Notes under the pieces: generated by a model
What the model saw: only the letters and a program-made list of their open reading frames with translations
Told to the model about the DNA's origin: nothing
The model's database searches: none
Part shown: positions 39,290 to 52,591 of the stretch, one piece after another
Layout: every line of letters begins with the position of its first letter
How positions within the stretch are numbered: the first letter of the stretch is position 1
Source of the DNA: Lama guanicoe
Taxonomy: Eukaryota
Reading direction: 5' to 3'
Length of the DNA stretch: 64,000 bases
Assembly (NCBI GenBank): GCA_013239625.1
Contig: MU054187.1
Span: 6,459,757-6,523,756 of the forward strand
Made by a program: the position numbers and the translations under genes

Positions 39290-40604
39290 AAGATGAGTAA
39301 GCAAGATGGCTATGCCTGAAAAACTCAGGGGCTAATGAGGGCAATAACTGAGTAAAGTAATTCCATAAAATGTAGTAAGTGCTGTCTGTGATAAATAAGT
39401 ATGCCGGTTGCCACGGCAACACAGAGGCGCAGCACCTCACGTGGGGAGACGGGCAGGCAGTGATGGCTGTGTGGGGTCTTAATGGATGACCAGGCTCTAC
39501 CCAGGTGGAGAGCCAGGCATCAGCTCTGAACCAGGAAATACCAGTGAAGATCATAAAGGCAAATGTGCTTTGGGAACTTTATGCAGCAAAGCTTGTGTCC
39601 AAGTGGACCAGGGAAAAGGAGGCTTTTCTGGCTGATGGGAGGTTTTTCTCCTCCTTCGGAGAGCAACTAACGAAACAGAACTGCCTGATCACTGCCCACT
39701 GCACTTGGTGCCCATTTCTAGTTGGGGTTCTCACAGCCCCCTCCCTCTGACTCACACAGTCTGCTTCAAACAACCTGATCCCCTCCACGCTCCCTGCCAT
39801 TCCAGAAACACTACACGGCACGTGCCGGGTCTCAGAGACTTCCGCTGCCCCGTGCTGCCTTTCAGAGCAGCCCCCAGCTCTTCTGTGATGTGGGCTGCTG
39901 CTTCAGTGTCTTCACATACAGCCATCAATCCCCAAAACAGATGTCAAGGCTGGACTACTGCGGGCTTTATTTTCAAGACAAGGGAACCAAAGACCAGAAT
40001 CATGAAATAACTCGCTCAAGGCCATCTAGCTAAGGAAGCGGCGGGGCTGGGATCTATACCCGGTTTGTGTGACATCCAGAGCTCACTAGCGCTCCCACCT
40101 CTTACAGACCACCAGAGAATATTTACGCTAGGCCCTTGCTTTTAAAACGACGATAAAGAATGCAAAGATTGCAGAAATTGATTTTCCTCAGATTATACAA
40201 GTAGTTAGTAGCAGAATTGACTTTCAAAAGATCTCACTGCCAGACAAGGAACCAGCAGTAGGAGAGCTTCCTGGAGACTTGGCACTGCAAAGTGAGGTGA
40301 TCGCAACGATTTCCAGTGTCTGTGTATTTCCTCAGGAAAACGTCCAGACCCTTCAAATGACCCGTGGAGCCCAGTGCGACCCTTCTCCTGTCCCTTCATG
40401 TTGTGTCCTTATAATTCCAGCTGCAGAGCCTTTTTTTCTGCAAATATCTCAATTGAATTGAATTGTTATGAGTTAGGGAGAAATTTTAAGGCTTTATTCT
40501 TTTTTATTTCTGAATGGGGAAGTGGGGTGGGGTGCGGTGGGGAAGATTATAATTTGCCAAGTATTTATGATTCCAGACACGGTAATAGGCACCTTTAAAT
40601 TGAC

Positions 40605-40785
40605 CCGTGGTTCTCAAATGCGAGGTGCATCAGGATCCCCTGGAAGGCTGGTGAAAATCAGGGCTGGCCGCGCCTCACCCCCAAGAGTTTCTGGCTCCGT
40701 AGGCAGAGCAGGGGGGTCTGAGAATTTGCATTTTTAATACATTCTCAGGCGGTGCTGGTGCAGGGACCACACTTTGAGGATCGTG
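40605..40785. mobile_element. MER5A hAT-Charlie MITE, near full length
   Basis: cgtggttctcaaa...gcatcaggatcccctggaaggctggtgaaaa...ctgagaatttgcattt...gggaccacactttgagga. Confidence 0.85.
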
Positions 40786-41918
40786 AATATAGGCTTACAT
40801 GTATCTTAATCCTCTCAGTGAGCCCAGAAGGGTTCTATTGTCCTCTGCAAAATGTATTCTCTGTGCATTGTAAAGGTATGTGTTTTTATCAACAGAGTAA
40901 ATACTGACTCAGAAACGTTAGGTCAGTTCCTAAGATTACGCAATTAAATAAAGACACAGGATCCTAGCTCAAGCCTCTTTGGTTCTCAAACCCTGTCTTT
41001 GCTCTTTCCAAAGTCATACTCCTCCACAGGTGGCAGCGCTTCCCAGGGAGCAGCCAGATTGGTGGGTCTCCTTCCTGTGGCAGGAAAAGCACGCAGCTCT
41101 TGGGCTGAGGTCCTGGAGTGGGAAGCAATCAGGGGGGCCTCTGCTCTGATCACACGCTTCCTCCGCCTGGCAGAGGCCTTGCCCATCTAGCTGCTGTGCT
41201 CAGACCCAGTGGCAAAGTTAGACTGAGTCAAGGTCTAATTCACAGCCAGTTCACCCTCCCCTGTTCTCCCGGGTCAGTAAGCATGGTGGAAAAAGGAAAT
41301 GTCTTGTGTATGTGTGTTTGTTGTGAGGGACCAAGGCTGCCTAGAGGATGGGCGGTGGAGGGGCTCCTTCTGGCCTGACTCATAAAGACGGTCCCGGAGA
41401 GTGGGGGGCACTGCACCCGCTGCCCCTCGCGGGCCAGGGGCAGCCAGCAGGAGCTGCTGTCACGGGCCCCTCTCCACTCTCCCTTCCCCTTCTGAAGTGG
41501 AAATAGGGGACTGTGGTGACTCAGGGAAAGGGCGCGCCAGACCTCTCCCCTCCAGCAGTCTGGGCCCTGTGTGTGGTGAACAGAGCAGAAAGGCAGATGG
41601 TCTCAGCTCTCAGGCGCTAGGACGTTTGCTTAGGACGCAAGAGATCTTCATATTCGAGTAATTCAGAACCAGGCCAGCAGCTGACCACGTGTGGACAGTT
41701 ATTAGCCCTGGGTGAGGTGCTGAAGTGACCCAGTCAGAGCCAGACCTGTGACCTGTGTCCCAGGAAGGTCACTGTGCCACATATCCCTCACAGGACATCT
41801 GAGGGGGCCAGAACCCCTGGTCATCATTGAGAGATAAGTCACCGAATCAAAATGTTTGGCCTTTATCTCATCAGCTAATAGGTATTCAGGAGAGTATACC
41901 TCAGGCAAGCTGATGGAG

Positions 41919-41997
41919 AAAGGAAGGAAGGAAAGAAGGAAGGAAGGAAGGAAGGAAGGAAGGAAGGAAGGAAGGAAGGAAGGAAGGAAGGAAGGAA
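41919..41997. repeat. (GGAA)n microsatellite
   Basis: Read directly. Confidence 0.97.
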
Positions 41998-42264
41998 ATG
42001 AAAATTCCTAATTTTCTAGCAAGGTCAGGTATATTCCTAATTTGGATGAATTTCAATACTGTACCGTTGAAAGCAAATGGAAATTTTGTTTCTGAATAAT
42101 CTCTCTTTTTTTAAAGGAAGGAAGGAAGGAAGGAAGGAAGGAAGGAAATGAAAATTCCTAATTTTCTAGCAAGGTCAGGTATATTCCTAATTTGGATGAA
42201 TTTCAATACTGTACCGTTGAAAGCAAATGGAAATTTTGTTTCTGAATAATCTCTCTTTTTTTAA
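41965..42264. repeat. Exact tandem duplication with period 150 nt (41965-42114 and 42115-42264)
   Basis: A (GGAA)n part plus the unique flank atgaaaattcctaa...ctctctttttttaa occurs twice with no mismatch. Confidence 0.95.
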
Positions 42265-45200
42265 GACTGTTTCAATAATTTTAAACTTCTGGGGTAGAAT
42301 ATTTCCAGGTTGGCAGTTTGGGGAATAGAGAGACAATTTGTAGTTTCTGGTTTTTGCTTTGTTCTGTTTTGTAAACTAGGCGTCCGTTCCGTCAGCTCAG
42401 AGCAAGCATCACAGGCAGGATGCAGGCACTGCAGATAATGACCTGCTCTTAAAGTGGTGTTGATAAAAACACATACCTTTAAAATGCACGGAGAAGAACA
42501 CAGTATGCCTAGTCGGTAAACGATAGAAAACATTTCCTTTACAGCTTGTTGATCGGTTCAGTGTTTGTCATTTTTAACCACCACAACAGAATGAATTCTA
42601 TTCCACACGTTGATAAGTCCATCATTCTGTTCAGAGGGAAGCAGGTCTGAAAATTGTACTGGGACTAAAATTGGATAGAAGCATGAAGCTGTTAAAGATA
42701 ACAGACCTGTGTTAAACCCCACAAATGAATGATGTGGTCCTCTGGCCAGCCGCCCCGAGCTCATTGTCCTCCGTGGGCCATTTTCCACACACACAGTGTG
42801 TTCACAGCTGGCTGTCCGTTCTCCTCTACGGCACTCGTGAATATGCATGTCCCAAATCACAGGCCTGGCTCCCAGGCTGAGAACTCACATCCATGTCCAT
42901 TTCCTCCAGCATCTCTCAGGAGGACCCCCTAATCAATTCCACACCCGCCACCTGGCGCTGCTGGGGTGGCCAGCTCTTCCAGGCACAGCACGCTTCCGAG
43001 GTCTACAGTCCAGGCGGATCTGTTTTGAGCATCACCGAGACAGACTTTTCCCTGGGGTTCAGAATTTTGTTTCAGACAAAAAAGTATACCCAGGAGACGG
43101 TCTGGCAGTATTTTCCACCTTTTAAGGCTGGAGGCGAAAGCCAAGGTTGTCTTAGCAGATTGGGATAAGGCCACCAGCACCTAACTGGTGACTTTGACGG
43201 GAATCTGGAGAAGCCTTGGGTGTGAAGCCCCCTGAGTGAAAACGCTGCCATTTCCTCTCTTTGAATGGATGCTGCGCTCACCGCCATTTCCTGGCAGGCT
43301 CTGAACGCTCAGCAACTGAAGAACAGCAGATTCGAAGAGCCACAAAAATGCGTTAGTCAGCTTTCCAGGGGAAGGCGATAGAATGTCTAACCTTTAGTTA
43401 ACCAGTTCCGAACGCCCCAGACTCCTGAGGGTGGTTGCAGAGAGCGCGCCGGGGGTGGTGTGCCCACATCTCTCTGTCAGCAACGTGTGGGGGGCTGGGC
43501 TGCACCTGCTTTTCTCTCCTTGGAGTGTCCAGCGGGCTCCACCTATCAGCACCCTCCTCCTCACGCCTACATCTCACCCTGACTCCATCCTGCCCCTTGC
43601 ACAGGGGGAGGAACTCGCCTCCCCAACCAGAGGGAGCTCAGGGCCCTTCTAACTGCATCACTGGCCTGGTTGGGGAGAGAGAAAAGAGAGCAGATGCTTG
43701 CTAAGAGAAGAGGACCCTGCCTCCAATTCTACAGCTCCTCTGGGACGTAGCCAGTGAAGTGTGCGGTCAGTGCGTATTGCTCTGCACATCTGCTCTGCAC
43801 ACAACTCCCCGAGGTAGCTGTCTGCTTCCTCGCCATCCTGTTCACCATCGCACTTACCATGTGAGATGTACTGGCTGGCTTTCTTCTTGGTCTTTTCCTG
43901 AACTGCAAGCTTGAAAACCAAAGCTGGGCTTCCTTCACGTCCGCTGTCCCCAAAACTGGCTCAGTGAGTGGTCCACAGAGTTCAGTTAACCTCTGCTGAA
44001 AAAAAAAAAAAAAACCTGATCTTTATTGCATCTTTTCAAAGCTAACTCTGTCATAAAAAATCCTATGCATTTGGCGCCATCATTTTGATGATACGGACCA
44101 GGAGCTTGAGTCACAGAGAAATTAAAAAAGTAACAAACTGGATCAAGTCAAGCTGATAAATTCGGATGCAACAATTCAGACCCTGCTGTCTCACCATTAA
44201 CCACGGTGGCCACATGTCCCAGGGACTATCGAGAGGACAACGCAAGATCAATCTCTCTTTAATTCAGTAGGACCAGGTTGGGCTCGGTGCTCAGCCCGGT
44301 GTAGTAAGGGTAGGCTCTGTCTCTGGGAAACAGAGCAATCCAGCTCCACTGGATAACCTCCATCTCCTCTAGGAGCCACAGCAATCTGCTCACCCCTCAA
44401 TGCTGGCATCTTGCAGCATAAACTGGAGCACGTGCAGCTGGCCTCCTCTCTCAGCTGTTCTGATTTCCAGCACAGAGCCCCACACGTGGGTGCTCCACAA
44501 ATAATGAACAACCAAAAGGATCTGAGGTACATTTTCCCTTGGAGGAACAGTTCCATTGTCTCCCCTAGATCCAATATTTATCTTAACTTTTTAGCCATGG
44601 GATACACTTCTTTGATAAATACTACTGATTTTTTCCCCTGCTTAAATTGGGGTTTTGCAAAAGGCATATATCATTTGGGGAAAATTATATCCATGTGACC
44701 CACTGTGTTACCAAAAGGCAAATGTGCATTTTGCTGGCTCCGAGTTGCTCGTTTGTTGCTATGCAGTGTCACTTTAGTGGTAATTTTCCAAACTGTCGTA
44801 TTCAAGGTTTCTCATAAAGACAAATTCCTTTATTAGCTTGTTGAAAGAGATCATTGCTACCAAGGAGCCTGAGAGCACAGCCACACAGCCAAGACGAGCA
44901 GGTTCAACTTAGTTTCTCACAACCATGTGCCCTGTACACTTATCAACTACTTTTTCCTTTATTATAATTCTTGTAATTGTATTTGTTCCATTATTGACAG
45001 TAACCCTGATGACGATTACTTACACCATCCCATTTGTATTTTAATTTCTATCCTCAAAGCAAAGACCAGGCTGAGGCTGCTCTGCTCAAAGACCTTTCAT
45101 GCGAGTGCCCCACACTGGACGCGTTGACAGGCTGAAGGTCACTCAGAAAGGTCACAGAGCATGCAGGGGACACTCTCTTCTAAAGGCAAGGGGTGCTCGG

Positions 45201-46284
45201 GGGCAGAAGCAATGCTTACAGTCCTGGAAACTCTTCATCACACCTGGAGGACTTGCTGTTCCCTAGAATACTGCGCCTACCCTTTTCTCTCTTCCCCGTC
45301 AGGGGATCCCAGGTGTCTGGCTTGATGGCACATTTGGGTATTTTAAGCAGCTACAGGGAAAGAACAGGTTGTTGAAAGGTAGAGCCTTGACTCAGACAGA
45401 ATGCAAGCAGAAAATGGGAAAAGGAGAAAAAGGAGAGAGAGAAGGAAAGGAAGAAGCGGAGAAGAGGAGAGATGAGTAAACAGCCTCCTTCCTCAGCTGA
45501 GGGGGGCTAGAGATGGTGGCAGCAGGTGTTGGAGTAACTGGACCCAGAGGCTGACAGGGTCACCTGGGGCGGGGGCCGGAGGTTGTAAGGCAGGTATTTC
45601 AGGAAACTCAGCCAAAATCAGCTCCAGAGTGACTCCACTGCCCTCAACACACATCTGTTTTCGGTAGTTTCAGACAATGGAGAGAGCGCACACTTAACTC
45701 CGTGGTGATGACACACTTGAAAAAGAAACATACTGGTCCAATGGCTCAGGGTAAAATCATGTCCATCAAATCCTAAAGAAGATTTATTTAAAAATGAAAG
45801 AACTTCCAATGTACCTGCATAGGGCAATCTGGTAAAGAGCCATCCACATCTGGTATGGAATCTCAGTCTGTGTTTCTTAACCCAGGCTTCCTGGGACCCG
45901 CCCCAAGATGACCACATCAGGATCTCTGGGTGCAGAGCAAGGCATGAGTACCTTGGAAAAACTCCCCAGCTGTGAAGCCAGAGTGGAAACCAATGCCCTA
46001 AGCAGTTTTCACACAGAGCTGTAGAGGACACAGATGAGAAAACTAAAGAGTCAAAGAAACACCAAGGATGGGAGTCTTTCAGAGACCCTTAAATTCTATG
46101 CAAATATGTTTGCGCTCACTAAGATATAAGGACTCCTACCACACACTAATGATAACCTTTTACACAACTCCAGTTCGTACAAAGGTGGCAGGAAATTAAT
46201 CTGTACTTGTCATCAATTTCTCACTAGCAAATCTTCAAGATTTTGCTCCCCTGAGTTTCCTTGTAACTGGTTTTGACTCCCCCC

Positions 46285-47190
46285 ACCCCAGGTGTTTCAT
46301 TCATTGGAAAAACCTTGGGCCCCTGCCCCAAGTAAGACACAGCGCCAGGAGCAAGGCAGATGGCAGGCCTGCACTCACGGGACTTCTGTTCTAATGGCAG
46401 AGACAGTTGTGAAACAATTCATCACACGAATAATGTCCCGTCTAATTTTTTAAGCACAAGTGTGATAAGTATTTGGGAGAGAAGAACAGGATTCTAAGGA
46501 ATGGAAAGAGAGAGTCCCTGATCTGCTGTGGGCAGACACCTGAGATAGATCTGAAAGAGCGAGGGTTAGCATCCCAGACCAACAGAATGTCCTCAGGTGG
46601 TAAAAGTTACGGCACCTTTAGGGAACTTAAGAAGGCTAGTGATGCAGAGCAGTGAGAGCTTGCGGGGAGAGTGGTACCCCACCCCTGTAGTGGTCCTTCC
46701 TTCTCTTGTTCAATGTACACACACTCGGAGTTGTTGTACAACTAACTCCAAGGGGGCACAGCTTACAGGCAGGGGCAGCAACAGCACCAAGAATGAGCCC
46801 CAAGTTGCCTGCACTTTTGTAGAGGAGGGGGTGAGACTAAGCCGTACAGAGCCTGGTAGGTCATCCTAAGACAAAGCGGGAGGAAGCCGTGGGAAGTTCC
46901 AAGGAAAGACGGTATAATCAGCTTTGTCTCTTAAAGCATTTTCTCTGCCTGTGGGCTGAGCCTGGATTAGAAGGTTGTAAGAGTGAAAGCAGCAGAGACC
47001 AGCCCAAGGCAGTCTCCCACAGAGATGAAGGGGGCTGCAGGAGCAAGGTGGTGATGGAGATAAGGAGACCTGGACCGACTGAAGTTACTGGGAGGTAAAG
47101 TCGACAGGGCTCCCTGACTGGGCACAAGTGAGAGGAACAGGAGAAGCCAGGGGTCAAGGAAGCCTCTCAGATTTCCGCGTGTGAACCTGC
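46285..47190 (-). mobile_element. L2 LINE fragments
   Basis: ttcattcatt...gcctgcactcacgggacttctgttctaatgg; gaggtaaagtcgacaggg...ggggtcaaggaagcctctcagatttc. Confidence 0.6.
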
Positions 47191-49189
47191 GTTTGGGGCA
47201 GTGCCATGTCCTAGGAGGACCGAATTTAGGTTGTCAGATGGGTCAGAACATATGCCAAGAAGGTTTTTGTTCCTTCAGTTTGGTTCCCCATCTGAGTGCT
47301 CAGAACCTTCTTGATTTACCACTTGGAGCCAGTTTAAAAAAAAAAAAAGAAGTTATTTGCAATTCTAGTGGACTTGATTCCAAACGGCCAAACTCGCCTT
47401 ATTTGAAAATGCCAAAGAGAAAAAAATATGAAAACAGAATAAGCCTCCATAAGTTAGTTTCCTGGGGAAGGAATTACCCTTGATGGTCACTCTGGGCAGT
47501 TGCACCAAGCACTTCCTGGCCCTCTAGGGCTTTTCAAACACAGCACATTCGTGCACTACACTGCCTGCATCTTTTAAGCCCCTTCCAAGTAGTTGCTGAA
47601 CGGCAGCGCTGAGGCATGTGGTCTCTCTGCCATGCAAGAAGTGTTTTAAGAAAGGTTTAATTTTACCTGCTGCATAGACCAATAGTCTGTGGGGTATTAA
47701 ATTAACTAAAGCACATTAAGCTATGATTCCTCTCTACTCACCCTCCTCCTCGGGGTCTCTGACCACGGAAGAGAATCGGGTGTCCCATGTGAGTCCTTAC
47801 TTTACCTTCGTTTACCAGAGATGTTGTTAGTGTCTCTCACTCGATACACTTCTTCACTTCTTCTAGTTCCCAAGTGAGCTATTTCTCTTGCAATCCTGTG
47901 TCTCTGGCATTATCTGATGTTGTACTGGAACATACTTTTCTCCTTATCGTAAAGTGCGACGATAATGCATTGCAAGAGGGAACCATTTCAATAAACTGTT
48001 AGAAGAGTTCTGGTTCCTGAATGGTAGCTTTTATTACTCTGAAGATAAGCTAATGGTGTAATCTACCATCTTGTTAAAAGTACACACACATTCAAACAAT
48101 CTTCAACCCCTAGACAGTTTAGAAAATGCATGTTCTCTTTCTCCCTCTTATATCATTATGTTTTTGTTTACGTGCACTGAAATCAGAGGTAAAGCAAAAA
48201 TTAGCAAAGCAATTAACATGATGAGTGGAAAAAATGAAGCTGAGTGGAGTCTTTAGTTAACGGTGTGGTTTCCCTGTCGTCCACACGGTAGTGACAGTAG
48301 CAGAGCAAAGGCTTCCTCACCTCCCTCTGCCTATGCAGTTGAATAGAGATGGTGTACTGCTTGCCTGGTGGGTGGCCATAGTGGGCTGGTGGCAATTTCT
48401 AGAAAATTTTGGGATGTATGAGGGGGTTGGTAGGGAATGGATGCATGTCCTCATCTGTCCCAGAAAGATGTGGTTGGCAGCCTTGTAAGTCAACCACATG
48501 TGGCTGGTCCTTGTGAGTCACTTTCTAGGACGCCCCCTGAATCTGGTCCTTCCTCTCTACTTGCGCAGGTCTAGACTCCTCCAAGGAACCCCCATTGTCA
48601 GGGCACCCCAGGAAGCTCTAAATTGAATAGGGCTTTGTCTAGGAGGCCTTCACTCCATATTGAACAATCTCTCTTCCGCATAAAGGACTGTAAGTGAGCT
48701 ACTCCGAGCTCAGAAGGAAGTTCTGGGGCTGTGCGGTGTTCCTGGGCTGGTTGAGCTCCAGTCCAGGTGTTATTCACACGAATGTTTACTGAATGACTTC
48801 TCTAGGCCAGGCACAACTCTCGGCTCCGAGGATACAGTGGTAAGCAAAATGCACGGAGACACTACCCTGTAGAACTTCTGTTCTAGAGGCTGCTCAAGTT
48901 CAGGATTCTGACCAACATGCAGCACTGAGGCTTTGACTCTCCTGGGTGAGGAGAGGCAAGGGTGGCCAAGAGCCCAGCTGCGCCCGTTCACGGAAACCCG
49001 TCATCTGGGCATAGCTGGTGTGGCTGTGCAACTGGCCCAGGAGAGGAACGCTTTTTACTGTGCTCTCTTGATGCACAAATAAAAACTCCAAGATGCAGAG
49101 AAAGGCAGATGCATACAAAGACACGAAACACAACTTGAGATTAAGAACCCTTGCTTTGGAAAGAAAAAGCCTTTAAAAAGCAGTCTCTT

Positions 49190-50755
49190 CTGACTTCTCT
49201 TCCAGACAAAATGGCATAGATGGGCTTATCTTTGCTCCTCCCCTGTAACCATAACTGTAATCCCTGGAAATGACACCAAAGACAACCAGAGAAGATCCCT
49301 GGAAGGTGGCAAGGAGAAGGTCAACTGGTTTAAGACCTCAGGACTGGAAAACAGCACAGCCACAGGGCATCTTACACCTCACCCATGGAAGAAAGTCACC
49401 AGCCCCGATGCTTCCTGACATCCAACCTAGTAACAGAAAACACCCCAGGTGGCCTCATTCCTCCTCCAGGATCTAACAGTCCTCTCTCCAACAATATACT
49501 GTGAGCTTCACATCGAGAAAAAATAGAAAAATCTCAGCAAAGAATAAAGGTTATAAAAAAAGAACCAAGTGGAAATTATAGAACTAAAAATAAGTCACAA
49601 AAGAAAAAATTTAAAACCTTTCTATCTCAATAGTAGAATGAAGAAAAAGGATAGAGTCAGTAAACTTGAGGACAGATCGACAGAATTTTAGCCAACCTCA
49701 ACAAATAAAAGACTGAAAAAAAAAACTGAACAGAGATCTGTGGGACAAAATCATAAAATCATACATCTGTATGATCAGAGTTCCAGAGGGAGAGGAGAGA
49801 GTGAATTGGAAGAGTATTTAAAGAAACGATGGCTGAAGATTTCCTAAATTTGGTGGAAAAATGCAAACTTACAGATCCAAGAAGCTGAATGAATTCCAAA
49901 CAGAATAAAACAAATTAAGACACATCATAATTAAATATTCTTAAACTAAAGACAAAGAAAAAATCTTGAAAGCTGCCAGAGATCCACTGCATACAGAGGA
50001 ACACTAATGCAAGAGACAGTGGACTTTTTCATCTGAAACCACACTGGCAGAAGCCATAGCTCCAAAGAAAATGAAATATCTAGGTATACATTTCACAAAC
50101 ATGAACAAGATCTGTGTCCTGAAAACTACAAAATGTTGATGAAATAAACCAAAGAAGCCCTAAACAAATGGAGGAATATTCCATGTTCATGAACTAGAAG
50201 ACTTAACATAGTAAAAATGCTAATTCTCCCCAAATTGAAATACAGGCCTAATGTACTTCCTATTCAAATTCCAGCAAGTTTTTTTTTATAGACATACACA
50301 AGCCTACTCTAAAATTTATATGGAAAGGTACAGAACTTAGAATAATTAAAACAATTTTGACAAACCAGAATCAAGTGTGAGGAACCACTCACTACTCAGT
50401 ATGAAGGCTTGCTTTATAGCTATGTGTGGTATTGTTGGAAGGAACAACACATAGATCAATAAAAGAAAGAAGAGAACTCAGAAACAGACTCACACTTATA
50501 TACCAAATGATTTTTGGCAAAGGTGAAAAAGGAATTCAATGGAGGAAGGACAGCCTTTTCAACAGATGGTGCACTTGTAACTGGATGTCCATAGGTTAAA
50601 AAAATTTTAAAGCCTCAACTTAAATCTTGCATTCTGTATAAAAATTAACTCAAAATGGGTCATAGATTTAAATGTAAAATTGCATAACTATAATATTCTT
50701 AGAAAAAATAGGAGAAAATCTTCAGGATCTAGGGCCAGGCAAAGAGTTTTTAATA
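49190..50755 (+). mobile_element. Old L1 (L1M-type) with 5'/ORF1 remnants joined to an ORF2 segment
   Basis: A-rich sense L1 phrases: cagagttccagagggagaggaga...gatggctgaagatttcctaaatttgg (ORF1) and aaaatgaaatatctaggtata...aaatggaggaatattccatgttcatg (ORF2 KYLGI...KW..IPCS). Many stops. Confidence 0.85.
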
Positions 50756-50759
50756 TTAA

Positions 50760-52259
50760 AGTTCTCAATTTACTTTGTCCAGACCCGTCAGAGGACTCAA
50801 TACCTATGACAGCTATAGCCTTATGAAATATATTTCTTAAATCTTAAGACTCAAAATTCTAAATTACTCTTTGATCCATGGGATGCATAATGAAGGTTGT
50901 GTTAGCAGGCATGAAAACAACATTAATCTCACTGTACATCTCCATGAGAACTCTTGGATGACAAGGTGCATTGTCAGTGAGCAGTGATATTTTGAAAAGA
51001 ATCTTTTTTCTGAGCAGTAGGTCTCAATAGTGGGCCTAAAATACTCAGTAAACCATGTTGTGAGCAGACGTGCTGTCATTCAGGCTTTGTTGTTCCACTT
51101 ACAGAGCACAGGCAGAGTAGATTTAGCATCATTCTAAAAGGGCCAAGGATTCAACTTAAAGTCACTAGCTGCTTTAGCTTCTAAAAAGAAGTCAGCCTGC
51201 CCTTCAAAGCTTTGAAGTCAGGCATTGACTTCTCCTCTCTAGCTATTAAAGTCCTAGATGGCATCTTCTTCCAATACAAGGCTGTTCTGTCTACACTGAA
51301 AATCTGTTGCTTGGTGCAGCACTTTCATGAATTATCTGAGCTACAACTTCTGGAGAACTTGCTGCAGCTTCAACATTCATATCTGCTGCTTCACCTCCAC
51401 TGAGATGTTTTGAAGACAACTTCTTTACTTCAACCTCATGAACCCACCTCGGCTGGCTTCACACTTTCCTTGTGTGGCTTCCTCACCTCCTCATAGAACT
51501 GAAGAAAGCTAGGCCTTTCTCTGGCTTAGGCTCTGGCTTAAGGGAATACTATGGCCACTTTGATCTTCTATCCAGACCACTAAAACGTTCTCCATAGCAG
51601 CAATGGGGATATTTTGCTTTTTTAAATCATTCATGTGTTCACTGGAGTAGCACTTTAAATTTTCATCAAGAATTTTTCCTTTGTATTTACAACTTGGCTA
51701 ACTGTTTGGTGCAAGAGGCCTGGCTTTTGGCTTTATCTTGGCTTTCAATATGCCTTCCTCACTAAGCTTAATTATATTCAGCTTTTGATTTAAAGTGAGA
51801 GATATGCTACTCTTCCTTTCACTTGAGAGCCGAGAGGCCATTGTTTGGTCACTGGTTATTGGCCTAAGTTCAATGTCGTTGTGTCTTAGGGAATAGGGAG
51901 GCCCAAGGAGAGGGAGAGAGATGGAGGAATGGCCAGTCAGTGGAGCAGTTGGAACACACACATTTATCCATTAAGTTCTTATATGGGCACAATTCGTGGT
52001 GCCCTGAAACAATTATAATAGTAACATCAAAGATCACTGATCACAGATCACCATAACAAGTACAGTAATAATGAAAAAGTTTGAAATATTGTGAGAATTA
52101 CCAAAATATAACACAGAGACACAAAGGGAGCAAATGCCATTGGAAAAACAGCACCGACAGACTTGCTTGATGCAAGGTTGCCATAAATCTTCAATCTGTG
52201 AAAGACATAGTATCTGTGAAGTGCCATAAGGCAAAGCTCAATAGCACGAGGTGTGCCTG
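50760..52259 (-). mobile_element. Tigger1 (TcMar-Tigger) DNA transposon, 5' about 1.5 kb, with degenerate transposase
   Basis: The minus strand starts CAGGCACACCTCG next to a TA at 52260-52261. ORF remnants MASRLSSERKSSISLTLNQKLNIIKLSEEG and [25 protein letters not shown] match Tigger1 transposase. Confidence 0.93.
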
Positions 52260-52282
52260 TACCACACGTATACAGGCATATG

Positions 52283-52591
52283 GGGGTCAAGACTATTGTA
52301 ATAGGAGAGAGGGTCTGACAAAGGGCAAGGGAGATTTATAGCCGATGGGCAGGGAGAGGGAGCGGATGGAGAATCACTAAGAGGAACTCAGTTAGGTGTC
52401 AAGGATGGGGCAGGAAGAAAAACTTGATTCAAGATGTCAAAGGTGGGAAGAGTCTCAATAAACTGGGTCAGCAGGTCTCTTTGCTAAAACTGGGCTCTGC
52501 AGCCCAAGGATGTGGGCCAAGGGTGAAGCCTGGTCGGAAAAAGGACTCAAAGGAGACTGGCTAAAGTTTAGTCAAGTGGGAGTCCTTGTCA
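52283..52591 (-). mobile_element. ERV1-class LTR fragment (MER31-like)
   Basis: The reverse complement begins TGACAAGGACTCCCACTTGACTAAACTTTAGCCAGTCTCCTTTGAGTCC. Confidence 0.65.

Noticed and set aside
41020..42965. CTCF-like motifs (tccacaggtggcag at about 41023, ccgccacctggcgc at about 42945)
   Set aside because: Core mismatches are present and such matches are expected by chance in 64 kb. They cannot be supported without a PWM scan.
50864..51961. Tigger transposase ORFs as a domesticated TIGD-like gene
   Set aside because: The ORFs are fragmented by frameshifts and stops and the element is truncated, as expected for a dead Tigger1 copy.
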